DNA of 64,000 nucleotides from Calditrichia bacterium (GTDB lineage Bacteria; Calditrichota; Calditrichia; RBG-13-44-9; J075): NCBI GenBank assembly GCA_050633245.1, contig JBOEGD010000018.1, positions 96,001 to 160,000 of the forward strand, read 5' to 3'. Shown piece by piece: positions 19,228 to 27,844 of this stretch (position 1 is its first letter; each line of letters starts with the position of its first letter). The notes under the pieces were generated by a model. It saw only the letters and a program-made list of their open reading frames with translations, ran no database searches and was not told where the DNA came from. The position numbers and the translations under genes were made by a program.

Positions 19228-21075
19228 ATGAATGTAATTGTAAACCATAGGCAAGAAACATCTCAAAAGCACGCTTTGGAACAGCGCATCTCTTCCCTGG
19301 TGGATGACATTTGGGATGGGGCTATCGAAGTTGCTTTCCTGCATAATTTACATTCGCATAAGCCTGGCTTTACTCTGCCGCTTGAAGCTACTCTTTACTG
19401 CGTTTTTGATTATCATAGTATGCATCTCTGTTGTTGTTATCCCGATAGTGAGAATGCCTGCATAAATTGCCTGGTTCAAAATTTATTCCGCAACTATGAC
19501 CTCACGCTGCGCAAGCGCTACCAAAAGCAAGATCATCAAACGTTTCCATTCTTTTATTCGCAAGAATACCTGTCTGTTCTGCCAACACTTGTCTCTCAAC
19601 TTGATGCAAAAGACTTTTACAGCATCAACTTTTTATCGCCGACGATTGAACGGCAGGCGTTTATGCCAAGCGTAATGTGTGATTGCCGCAAAACCCCTCG
19701 CTCATTAATGAAACAATTAGACGGGCACGATTTAGAGCTTGAGGACCGATTTGTCGATTCAAATCTGCGATCTGACAAGCTGCCTAAATTGGAAGCCTTT
19801 GTTTCTCAGAGTGCCGGCATTATTTCAGGCGAAAGACGACTTAGTGATACACTTTCCCTACCGACAGCAATAACGGAGACGATCTCCGGAACCTATCAAG
19901 CCGATTACTGTGGCGGTAAAGCTACGACGATGCAGCATGCTTCACTGATTGCAAAGTGCGAGGCGATTGAGCGACATCATATGCTGACACCGGGAGTTGA
20001 AGACTTGTTAACATTCGGTAGTTACGATATGCTGAAGTCGCAGGCTGTGAACCCGGACGATTTGTTTTACTCTGCCGTGCATCTTTCTGATGAAAATGTG
20101 CCGTATGATCCTGCAATGTCCTTTTATTGGAGAACAGCAGCGAATCTTACCCGAAATAGCCGCCAGTTGGTGCCAGCTCAGGAAGTTTGCTCTACAAAAC
20201 ATCTTACAAATGAACGGAGTATGTTTCCCTGCACTTCGAGTGGATTTGCACTTGGTGGTTCCTATGAGGAAGCAGTGCTGTTTAGCATCCTTGAGGTCGT
20301 AGAGCGAGATAGTTTTTTGGTGCACTGGTATCTAAAGAATCAGTGTCAGTTAGTAGACCCATTGAGTATTAAGGATGAGCAATTTCAGCTGCTGTATCTG
20401 AAGGCACAATACTGTCATCCGAACTACAATTTTTATTTTCTCGATATCACAACAGATTCTGCTATTCCTGCTATCTGGGGACTTGCCATAAAGCGCTTTG
20501 GGCAGGGTATGAAAACCATGACGACTGCGGCTGCTCATATTTTTCCCGAAAAGGCGATGTATGGAGCCTTGAAGGAACTCGTCGGCTACTTTAGTATGAC
20601 AAACGATTTTGCAGAGAGAGAAGCAGAGTACCGTAAGGTGTTTCGAAATCAAGCTCTGGCCAATAAAATTGACCATCATAGCGGTATTTACGGATTGGAA
20701 GAGGCAGTAGAGAAATATGACTATCTGAACCTTGATTCCCAAAAGGCTATCAATGTTCAGGAGCTTCAACAGCGCTCGATCTTTACAGACCTCGCAGTAC
20801 CGTTTAATCTGAAGGATCTGATTCTCGCGATTGTTCAGCAGCTAAAAAAGAATGGAAATGAGGTTTTAATTATAGATATGACTCGTGAGCAGATACGAAA
20901 ATTCGATATCTGCTGTGTGAAAACGATTGTTACTCAGATGTATCCACTCACCTTCGGATATTATGACATGCGTTTTTCTTTAAGCTCACGGTTATTGAAG
21001 CTAAATGAGCATTTTGGGAAAAAACCGATTAGTTGTTTAACAGATATTAATTTTTCACTACATCCATTTCCATAG
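19228..21075 (+). CDS. YcaO cyclodehydratase with degenerate N-terminal C-protein region (TclJ/TbtG-like)
   Basis: CINCL and CDC Zn-ligand remnants, AKCEAIERH, TSSGFALG, LEVVERDS, ALKEL, and C-terminal LHPFP typical of azoline-forming YcaOs. Confidence 0.9.
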   Translation: MNVIVNHRQETSQKHALEQRISSLVDDIWDGAIEVAFLHNLHSHKPGFTLPLEATLYCVFDYHSMHLCCCYPDSENACINCLVQNLFRNYDLTLRKRYQKQDHQTFPFFYSQEYLSVLPTLVSQLDAKDFYSINFLSPTIERQAFMPSVMCDCRKTPRSLMKQLDGHDLELEDRFVDSNLRSDKLPKLEAFVSQSAGIISGERRLSDTLSLPTAITETISGTYQADYCGGKATTMQHASLIAKCEAIERHHMLTPGVEDLLTFGSYDMLKSQAVNPDDLFYSAVHLSDENVPYDPAMSFYWRTAANLTRNSRQLVPAQEVCSTKHLTNERSMFPCTSSGFALGGSYEEAVLFSILEVVERDSFLVHWYLKNQCQLVDPLSIKDEQFQLLYLKAQYCHPNYNFYFLDITTDSAIPAIWGLAIKRFGQGMKTMTTAAAHIFPEKAMYGALKELVGYFSMTNDFAEREAEYRKVFRNQALANKIDHHSGIYGLEEAVEKYDYLNLDSQKAINVQELQQRSIFTDLAVPFNLKDLILAIVQQLKKNGNEVLIIDMTREQIRKFDICCVKTIVTQMYPLTFGYYDMRFSLSSRLLKLNEHFGKKPISCLTDINFSLHPFP

Positions 21076-21084
21076 AGATTGAAA

Positions 21085-21546
21085 ATGACCCGACTGCACA
21101 TAAATAAGCGCGAGTATTCCGCAAAAGCGGATGCAGACATGCCACTACTCTGGTATCTGCGAGACATCCTGAACCTGACCGGCACAAAGTTTGGATGCGG
21201 TATGGGGCTTTGTGGTGCGTGCACGGTGCTCGTCGATGGTAAGGCTGCGCGGTCTTGTATGGTAACGATCAGTAGCGTAGAAAATAAAGAAGTGACAACA
21301 ATTGAAGGCATCTCACAGCGAATGAATAATCGTCTGCAGCCGGTCTGGATTGAAGAGCAGGTGCCTCAGTGTGGCTATTGTCAAACTGGACAAATAATGT
21401 CCGCGCTGGCTCTACTCAAAACAAATCCAAATCCCTCAAATGAGGAAATTGAAGCGGCGATGTCTGGCAATATTTGTCGCTGCGGAACGTATTCGAGAAT
21501 TAAGAAGGCAATTTGTTCAGCTATCGGTGAGGAAAGCCGTGGCTAA
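21085..21546 (+). CDS. iorA: 2x[2Fe-2S] small subunit of a molybdenum hydroxylase (IorA/CoxS family)
   Basis: GTKFGCGMGLCGACTV, QCGYCQTGQIM, NICRCGTY. Confidence 0.9.
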   Translation: MTRLHINKREYSAKADADMPLLWYLRDILNLTGTKFGCGMGLCGACTVLVDGKAARSCMVTISSVENKEVTTIEGISQRMNNRLQPVWIEEQVPQCGYCQTGQIMSALALLKTNPNPSNEEIEAAMSGNICRCGTYSRIKKAICSAIGEESRG

Positions 21547-23665
21547 CAAAGGAACGCTCAGCAGACGCAGCTTTATAAAAATATCTGCGGCAGCAGCCGG
21601 CGGACTCCTGATAAGTTTTGGAATTCCAACTTTAACTAAAGCAGAAGAGAAAAATATCGTGTTAAACCACCATCTCAGCATAAACAGCAGCGGTATTGCT
21701 ACTATCTCCTTCCTGAGAAGCGAGATGGGGCAGGGCATTAAGACCGCGCTTCCAATGTTGATTGCAGAAGAACTGGAGATGGATTGGAAAAACGTACAGG
21801 TTACTCAGCCGCCCTACGATATTCGATTTGGACAGCAGGCTACCGTGGCAAGCAGAAGTATTCATGATGAATGGGAGGCGCTGCGGCAAGTTGGTGCATC
21901 TGTACGTGAGCTATTGATTCTGGCTGCTGCAAACCGTTGGCAGGTTCATCCAGAGAGTTGCTATGCCGAGCGTGGTGTGGTTTATCATTCTCAGAGCTCA
22001 AAATCATTAAGCTATGGTCAGCTCGTTGAAGAGGCTGCACGTCTTGAAATGCCGGAAAATGTGGCGTTAAAAAAGCCTGCGGACTTCAAGTTGATTGGCA
22101 AATCGATTCCACGGATAGATATCCCTGAAAAAGTTATGGGTCGTGCAGTCTTTGGCATTGATGTGAACGTGCCTGAGATGGCTATTGCTACGGTCTTGCG
22201 CTGTCCGGTATTTGGTGGAAAGGTTAAACGTTTTGATGCGACGAAAACAAAAAAATTAACGGGTATTATCGATGTGGTTGAGATTACCGGCGGTATTGCG
22301 GTAATTGGCGAAAACTATTGGGCTGCCAAGCGCGGTAAGGACATGCTGGATGTGCAGTGGAATGCAAAAGGTCTGGAAGATATTAATTCTGAAAGCATTT
22401 TTATTGGGCAGCGTGAAGCATTGGTGAAACCGGGTGATCATATTGTTACAGATGAAGGCAATTTTACTTCGGCTTACAACAAGGCTGAATGGCAGCTGTC
22501 GGCAGACTACGAGGCGCCTTTTCAAGCTCATGCTACAATGGAGCCAATGAACTGCACCGCGGACGTAAAAGAAGGTGCATGTCGCATCTGGGCACCTACT
22601 CAGGGAACACTCTGGATTCAAATGACAATCTCCGAGGCGCTTGAGATTCCCATGAAAAACATTGAAATTCACACGACCTATATGGGGTGTGGCTTCGGAC
22701 GACGCGCAGAAACAGACTTTGTATTAGATGCGGTAGAAGCATCAAAAGCTGTTGGCAGGCCCGTGAAGGTGATCTGGTCTCGTGAAGATGATATGCAGCA
22801 TGACTTTTATCGCCCGGCTTTTTCCATGCAATTAAAGGCAGGAATTGATAAGAACGGAAAGCCTGTTGCCTGGAAACATCAGCTTGCCGGGCCTTCAGTT
22901 GTTCGTCGGTGGGATGTAAGTGCCTTCGATTGGGCTGCAATAACCGGCTCAGACTGGCTCCCGTATTCGATACCCAACTTTCGTACAGAAGCAACCTTTA
23001 TTCCAACGAATGTTCCGGTGGGATACTGGCGTGGAACAGCAAACTCATATACCCAATTTGCAAATGAGACGTTTATCGATGAAATAGCGACGCGACAACA
23101 AATTGACCCTCTTGAGTATAGGCTTGGTTTATTAGAGGATGCACCCAGAGCACGAAAAGTACTCGAAAGCGTTGCTGTTCAGACGCAATGGGGAAGTTCA
23201 TTGCCCGCGGGAGTTGGGCGTGGGGTCGCGTTGTTTGCCCAAGAGTGGGATGAATTTAAGGTCTATTGTGCACAGGTTGCCGACATTGAGTTATCTGAAA
23301 CCGGAGACATTCGAGTGCGCCGCATATTTTGCAGTATCGATTGCGGACAGATAGTACACCCCGATACGGTTATTGCACAAACAGAAGGTAGTATTGTCTT
23401 TGGTCTTGCTGCTGCTCTTTACGGCGAGATTGAAATTGAGAAGGGGAGAGTGAAGCAAAGCAATTTTCACGACTACCCAATGCCAAAGTACAATGAAGTG
23501 CCCGAGATAGAAGTCCGCCTGATAAAAACTACAGAGTTTCCGGCTGGTGCCGGAGAAAAGGCAGTTGGGGCTACAGCACCGGCAATAGCAAATGCGGTTT
23601 ATAACTTAACCGGGCAACGACTACGCCGTTTGCCATTAAGACTGGATAATACAACAATTAGTTGA
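21539..23665 (+). CDS. iorB: Molybdopterin-binding large subunit, xanthine-oxidase family (isoquinoline 1-oxidoreductase beta-like), with Tat signal
   Basis: GTG start after GAGGA and a twin-arginine signal LSRRSFIK. Motifs SEMGQG, HATMEPMN, MGCGFGRR, YWRG, QTEGSIVFGL, GAGE...APAIANA. Confidence 0.9.
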   Translation: MANKGTLSRRSFIKISAAAAGGLLISFGIPTLTKAEEKNIVLNHHLSINSSGIATISFLRSEMGQGIKTALPMLIAEELEMDWKNVQVTQPPYDIRFGQQATVASRSIHDEWEALRQVGASVRELLILAAANRWQVHPESCYAERGVVYHSQSSKSLSYGQLVEEAARLEMPENVALKKPADFKLIGKSIPRIDIPEKVMGRAVFGIDVNVPEMAIATVLRCPVFGGKVKRFDATKTKKLTGIIDVVEITGGIAVIGENYWAAKRGKDMLDVQWNAKGLEDINSESIFIGQREALVKPGDHIVTDEGNFTSAYNKAEWQLSADYEAPFQAHATMEPMNCTADVKEGACRIWAPTQGTLWIQMTISEALEIPMKNIEIHTTYMGCGFGRRAETDFVLDAVEASKAVGRPVKVIWSREDDMQHDFYRPAFSMQLKAGIDKNGKPVAWKHQLAGPSVVRRWDVSAFDWAAITGSDWLPYSIPNFRTEATFIPTNVPVGYWRGTANSYTQFANETFIDEIATRQQIDPLEYRLGLLEDAPRARKVLESVAVQTQWGSSLPAGVGRGVALFAQEWDEFKVYCAQVADIELSETGDIRVRRIFCSIDCGQIVHPDTVIAQTEGSIVFGLAAALYGEIEIEKGRVKQSNFHDYPMPKYNEVPEIEVRLIKTTEFPAGAGEKAVGATAPAIANAVYNLTGQRLRRLPLRLDNTTIS

Positions 23666-23770
23666 GCTTATGTAACTCATCTCCGATGAGCTGATAGTAA
23701 AATATAGCATAGTAGTTGAGATTAATCGAAGCTGTCGTGAGTGCGGTGGCTATAGAAATGAACAAAAAAA

Positions 23771-23797
23771 TAATGTCTGGAGGAACGTACCCGGTTT
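23771..23797. repeat. Left arm of an inverted repeat enclosing the precursor gene
   Basis: TAATGTCTGGAGGAACGTACCCGGTTT; its reverse complement matches 24178-24206 with two 1-nt insertions and one mismatch. Confidence 0.8.
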
Positions 23798-23916
23798 TTC
23801 TTGGTCGAACTTTCCGCTTAACACGGAGAGCCCAATATAAGGACTGCACAAACTAAATTTTCCACACGTTTATTGCATTTGGTGGAATTGTGTTAAAACC
23901 CTTTAGGAGAAATAAC

Positions 23917-24087
23917 ATGAAAAATTTCAAACTGAATATCGATCTTGAAGAACTGAACATCACCGAAGTAGAACTGTTTACTGAAGAAGGCACTAAGGGC
24001 ATTCCTGCATTCGCAGCTTCCTGTTCGTCAGGTCCTGGTCTCCATAGTTGTGTTCGTGAAGAGAAGCCGGCACCAAACGACGAGTAA
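23917..24087 (+). CDS. Thiopeptide precursor peptide, 56 aa (34-aa leader, core SCSSGPGLHSC, tail VREEKPAPNDE)
   Basis: RBS AGGAGA. The acidic leader LNIDLEELNITEVELF..GIPAFAA|SC resembles thiopeptide leader/core junctions (thiomuracin GMTEVGA|SC, thiocillin EIMGA|SC). Sits directly upstream of the pyridine synthase and dehydratase. Confidence 0.88.
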   Translation: MKNFKLNIDLEELNITEVELFTEEGTKGIPAFAASCSSGPGLHSCVREEKPAPNDE

Positions 24088-24123
24088 TCGTTGCTGAGAA
24101 GTAAAGCTGATCTACAAAAATAC

Positions 24124-24151
24124 TGTGTCAGGTAGTCAGATACATGACACA
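24124..24151 (+). terminator. Stem-loop downstream of the precursor (attenuating or stabilising hairpin)
   Basis: TGTGTCAgGTA-gtcaga-TACaTGACACA, with no U-tract. Confidence 0.4.
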
Positions 24152-24177
24152 AAATCGGTGCAGAACTTAATCTGGTG

Positions 24178-24206
24178 AAACCGGGTTACGTTTCCTCCAA
24201 ACATTA
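24178..24206. repeat. Right arm of the inverted repeat enclosing the precursor gene
   Basis: AAACCGGGTTACGTTTCCTCCAAACATTA versus the left-arm reverse complement AAACCGGG-TACG-TTCCTCCAGACATTA. Confidence 0.8.
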
Positions 24207-24295
24207 AAAACTTAATAGAAATATACGCTCGGCGCAAGTTAAAGAAAAACTGATGGCTTGTTGTCGAAGTGTATTCCTTTTCAAGGCGGTAGACG

Positions 24296-25405
24296 ATGAA
24301 GGTCTGGAAGAATGTAAATGTCTATTATTCAAACCTCGACAAGCTTATTCTCGATTGTGTTGAACCGACTATGAATGAAAAGCACGAGCAAATTGTCGAT
24401 TGGTTTTGGGATAGGCATTATGCCGGCGGAATGCATCTGCGCATTCGCTTTAAGTGCTCACAAAATGAATCTGAGGCGCTTATTGGAGAACTTACAGATG
24501 TTTTTGAACGATTTCTCTTGGCTCATCCCCTTCCGGCGCAAAAGTCTTATGACGTTAATCGTGTAGAACAGATGCTGCAAAAAGAAGAGGAAGAGTATAC
24601 TCCTGAAGATCTGCTATTCCGAACAAATTGCGTCGTGAATCGGCCTTATTTGCGTTTTCAGGAAAAATATCTTTCGCAAGAGTCTGTTTATTTTCTGGAA
24701 GATTTTTATTGTGAGGCGAAGCCACTTTGCCTGCAAATGATGCGTTCAAATGATCAAAAAACCGTTAGCATGTTAAAGCTATATTTTCTCACTGCATTGA
24801 TGTTGGGAAAATCTTACCCCGCTGGTGTGGTTGGGTATCGGTCGCATTGGGAAGGGTTCAGAATGCAAATGGCAGAGCAAAACGTCGGAGTTCTGGATGC
24901 CATCGAAAAAGTATTTCGCAGTAATAAAAGTAACCTCGAAGAGTTAATGCTGGTGATCGAAAAACAGCATCGTGGCGAAGAAACCCCTTGCGATTTACTG
25001 CTGGAAAGCTGGGGAAAGCTGATAAATAAATATCGCACGAGAGCATTGGAATTATTTGATCGCGGAGTTCCTATTCTCCCGCAATTCAATAGTGAAGAAG
25101 AGCTGGATGTTGTTCGCAATAAATACGCGCGGCAAAAGGAAAAAAGCGAGTTTGTAGAAAGGCTATACGAAGATAAACGATTTTTCCTCGCCATAAAAGA
25201 TAGTCGATCCTTCACCGGAAATCGCATTGTTCTGACCATGCTTTACAATATGGTCGGTTTGCTGGGGCTTAGTATGATGGAAAAATTTCAGCTTTGCTAT
25301 CTGGCTCATCAAACGGTTGAAAACTATTTTCAGAGTGACTCACTTGAAATTCTTGCCGCTAATATCCGCGAAACCATAGCAGAACATACTGAAGAGAGCA
25401 CCTAG
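24296..25405 (+). CDS. Thiopeptide pyridine synthase ([4+2] cycloaddition enzyme, TclM/TbtD family)
   Basis: Lant_dehydr_C-like N-terminus (WDRHYAGGMHLRIRF), the YRSHWEGF motif characteristic of pyridine synthases, and C-terminal LY..LGL...KFQLCYLA. Confidence 0.8.
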   Translation: MKVWKNVNVYYSNLDKLILDCVEPTMNEKHEQIVDWFWDRHYAGGMHLRIRFKCSQNESEALIGELTDVFERFLLAHPLPAQKSYDVNRVEQMLQKEEEEYTPEDLLFRTNCVVNRPYLRFQEKYLSQESVYFLEDFYCEAKPLCLQMMRSNDQKTVSMLKLYFLTALMLGKSYPAGVVGYRSHWEGFRMQMAEQNVGVLDAIEKVFRSNKSNLEELMLVIEKQHRGEETPCDLLLESWGKLINKYRTRALELFDRGVPILPQFNSEEELDVVRNKYARQKEKSEFVERLYEDKRFFLAIKDSRSFTGNRIVLTMLYNMVGLLGLSMMEKFQLCYLAHQTVENYFQSDSLEILAANIRETIAEHTEEST

Positions 25406-25474
25406 GGCTCAATTCACAAAAGAGAATATGTGTCCTTTGTCTGCACAAATCTTAAGGCCGGAAGGAATAACAGC

Positions 25475-27841
25475 ATGCGTTTGCTAGCTTTACGAAAATC
25501 CGGAGAGTCTTTTAGCAGTGTCTTTAACGTGAAGTCGGATTGTTTCGTTGAACTTTTTCAGAAACAGTCCAGGCTTCAGGAGAAAATCACCTCATTGCAA
25601 AACGAACTTGCTGAGTTGTTGCACCACGCTTTTAGACAGAACTACGATCAAAAAGAGCACCGAAGATATATTCTGAAGATAAAGCGCGATATTCATAACC
25701 TCCGCCCTGTGAAGCATATGGACGCCTCATTTCTTGGCCACGATTGTCTGGATCAGCTTGGGACGTATTCCAGGCTGGTAGAGGAGAAGTCTGAGGTTTT
25801 AAGCCAGCTTAACACAGCTCCACTCGAAGAAATCAGAAATAATATTGGTACACTGCTTCGGAATGAAAAATTTCTGAGTGCGATAGATTATTCGAATCCG
25901 GAACTGTTTGCGAAATTAAAAAAGTATCAGACGGGAAGCAGTAAGAAACACTTCTCCAAGCTCGAACGCAGCGTATACAGTTATGGATTACGATTCTTTA
26001 GCAAGGCCAACCCACTGTATGTTTTTAGCGAGTTATGGTTTGCCGAAGAACTGGGAATTGAAATAGAGCAGAGCTGTGAGCTTTCGCTTCATATGAATTA
26101 CATCCTCGGAATTGAAGAGCATTTGCTGAGTTATGCCGGTGTTCAGGAAAAGGATTTGCTTTATTGTCAAAACTCCTTAAAAAGAGAAGAGAAAATAACG
26201 TTTATCATTCCAGATGCAAGAGCCAAACGCTATCTTTCGATTTCGTCCAATCCGCTACTCGACAAAATTTTATTTTTTTTTCACCGACAGCTACCCAAAG
26301 AAAAAAGTATTGGCAGACTAACAGAATACCTGCACAGCGAATTCCCCAATGAAGATGTCGAAGGGCTGCAAAACTACGTCGCTGCCTTAATAAAAAACAA
26401 GATTTTAGTGCGGTACCTGGTTCGCGATTTCAGCAAATTTTATGTCGATCTTGAACAACAGCTTTTAAGTATGGAAAAACAACTGAAGGACTATCAGGAG
26501 ATCCATCACGGTCACTTTGACTATTCGCAGTTGTCCCAAAAAACCAACGATGATCAAATACTCGACTCCCAACTACGTCATAAGGCTCCTGCGAACTATC
26601 GCTCGTTCTATGTGGATTCGTATTTTAAAACTTCGGCTCGGGGGCCGAATGAGAAATCCTTTACGGAAACCCTGCAAGATTTAAAGCAGGTAAAACCGCT
26701 CTTCCTGCCAAATGGCAATAACCGCTATATGGCGGATAATATTGTTTTGTTGTTGAAAGATATTCTGGCCGACAAATCGTGCAATTCGATTCCCTTTCTC
26801 GACTTCCTGGATCACTGCATTCAAAATAGCGTAAATTTCTCTTCTCTGCCACCTGCACAAAATTCTGCCCGCGAGAGTTTCGAGCAGCAAAGTGCGTTGT
26901 TGCAAAAGAAGTTGGCCACGTTACAGGGAGAGCTCGAAAAGCCAATTCTAGAGCAGCTTACCCAAAAATATGATGCACCAAAGATAAATCCACACTTGTG
27001 TTTTAACGGTCCATTCGATTATCAAAACCAGCGTTACTATATAAACAATATTTGGGCCGGCAACGGGCGGTTTATTTCCCGGTACCTGATTAATCAGCCG
27101 GGCAAGCGAGCCCGTAAACATGCGAACAGTTCTGCCGGACTAAATGTACAAGTGTACGACTTTTTTGATAACTCGAATAAGGGGTATACGGTAACTCCTT
27201 TTGATGTCGGCTTTGGCATGAATGCTCGTTTTAAACATTTGTTCAAAGAATGGTTGACTCCGGAGGAAATACAGCTGTCTCTTGATGGAGATCAGGTTAT
27301 TTACTCTAAAGCCGGTAGCGGGCAGCGTATTCATTTCTATTATCTTGGGTTTGCCTTAATTTCCGGACTTGCAACAGAATACCAGATTCTCTTAGCAAAT
27401 AAGAATGACTTCTATTTGAATAGCTTCGCCGATTGGATTATCCCGCATGCTGATGCGAACCCTTTTCAACCGGGCCTAACCTATGGACAAATTTGCCTGA
27501 GACGAGACCGTTGGTACATCCCGGGAAAGGAAATTCCGGCGCTAATTCCGGCTGATAATACGGTTAGCTGTGCTATGAGGTTGTTAAGCTGGGCTGAAAG
27601 AACACTGGATAACTCTTGTCGCTATTACTATTTCCGTACTGCAGGAAATGCAACCAGGTTTGCTCATAAGCCGATGTTCCTGGACGTACAGAATCCACTC
27701 AGCGTGTCAAATTTTTATACCCGCATTGCCCAAAACGATCCGAACAGTTTTGTCTGTTTTGAGCGCATGGAACCGCCTATAAATAATCTTTATGAGTATG
27801 AGAAGCAAAAATATCTCACCGAAGTTATGCTGGAGGTTTAG
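25475..27841 (+). CDS. Split LanB dehydratase, glutamylation domain (TclK/TbtB-like)
   Basis: KLERSVYSYGLRFFSKANPLYVF, GNGRFISRY, ICLRRDRW, HKPMFLDVQNPLS, ERMEP, TEVMLEV. Confidence 0.85.
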   Translation: MRLLALRKSGESFSSVFNVKSDCFVELFQKQSRLQEKITSLQNELAELLHHAFRQNYDQKEHRRYILKIKRDIHNLRPVKHMDASFLGHDCLDQLGTYSRLVEEKSEVLSQLNTAPLEEIRNNIGTLLRNEKFLSAIDYSNPELFAKLKKYQTGSSKKHFSKLERSVYSYGLRFFSKANPLYVFSELWFAEELGIEIEQSCELSLHMNYILGIEEHLLSYAGVQEKDLLYCQNSLKREEKITFIIPDARAKRYLSISSNPLLDKILFFFHRQLPKEKSIGRLTEYLHSEFPNEDVEGLQNYVAALIKNKILVRYLVRDFSKFYVDLEQQLLSMEKQLKDYQEIHHGHFDYSQLSQKTNDDQILDSQLRHKAPANYRSFYVDSYFKTSARGPNEKSFTETLQDLKQVKPLFLPNGNNRYMADNIVLLLKDILADKSCNSIPFLDFLDHCIQNSVNFSSLPPAQNSARESFEQQSALLQKKLATLQGELEKPILEQLTQKYDAPKINPHLCFNGPFDYQNQRYYINNIWAGNGRFISRYLINQPGKRARKHANSSAGLNVQVYDFFDNSNKGYTVTPFDVGFGMNARFKHLFKEWLTPEEIQLSLDGDQVIYSKAGSGQRIHFYYLGFALISGLATEYQILLANKNDFYLNSFADWIIPHADANPFQPGLTYGQICLRRDRWYIPGKEIPALIPADNTVSCAMRLLSWAERTLDNSCRYYYFRTAGNATRFAHKPMFLDVQNPLSVSNFYTRIAQNDPNSFVCFERMEPPINNLYEYEKQKYLTEVMLEV

Positions 27842-27844
27842 ACT

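Noticed and set aside
23758-23856. Small + strand ORF MNKKIMSGGTYPVFLGRTFRLTRRAQYKDCTN upstream of the precursor, considered as a second precursor
   Set aside because: It has no clear RBS, no acidic leader and no Ser/Cys-rich core, and it overlaps the inverted-repeat arm.
23853-24152. 99-aa minus-strand ORF over the precursor
   Set aside because: It is an antisense shadow. The + strand ORF has the RBS and the thiopeptide leader/core features.
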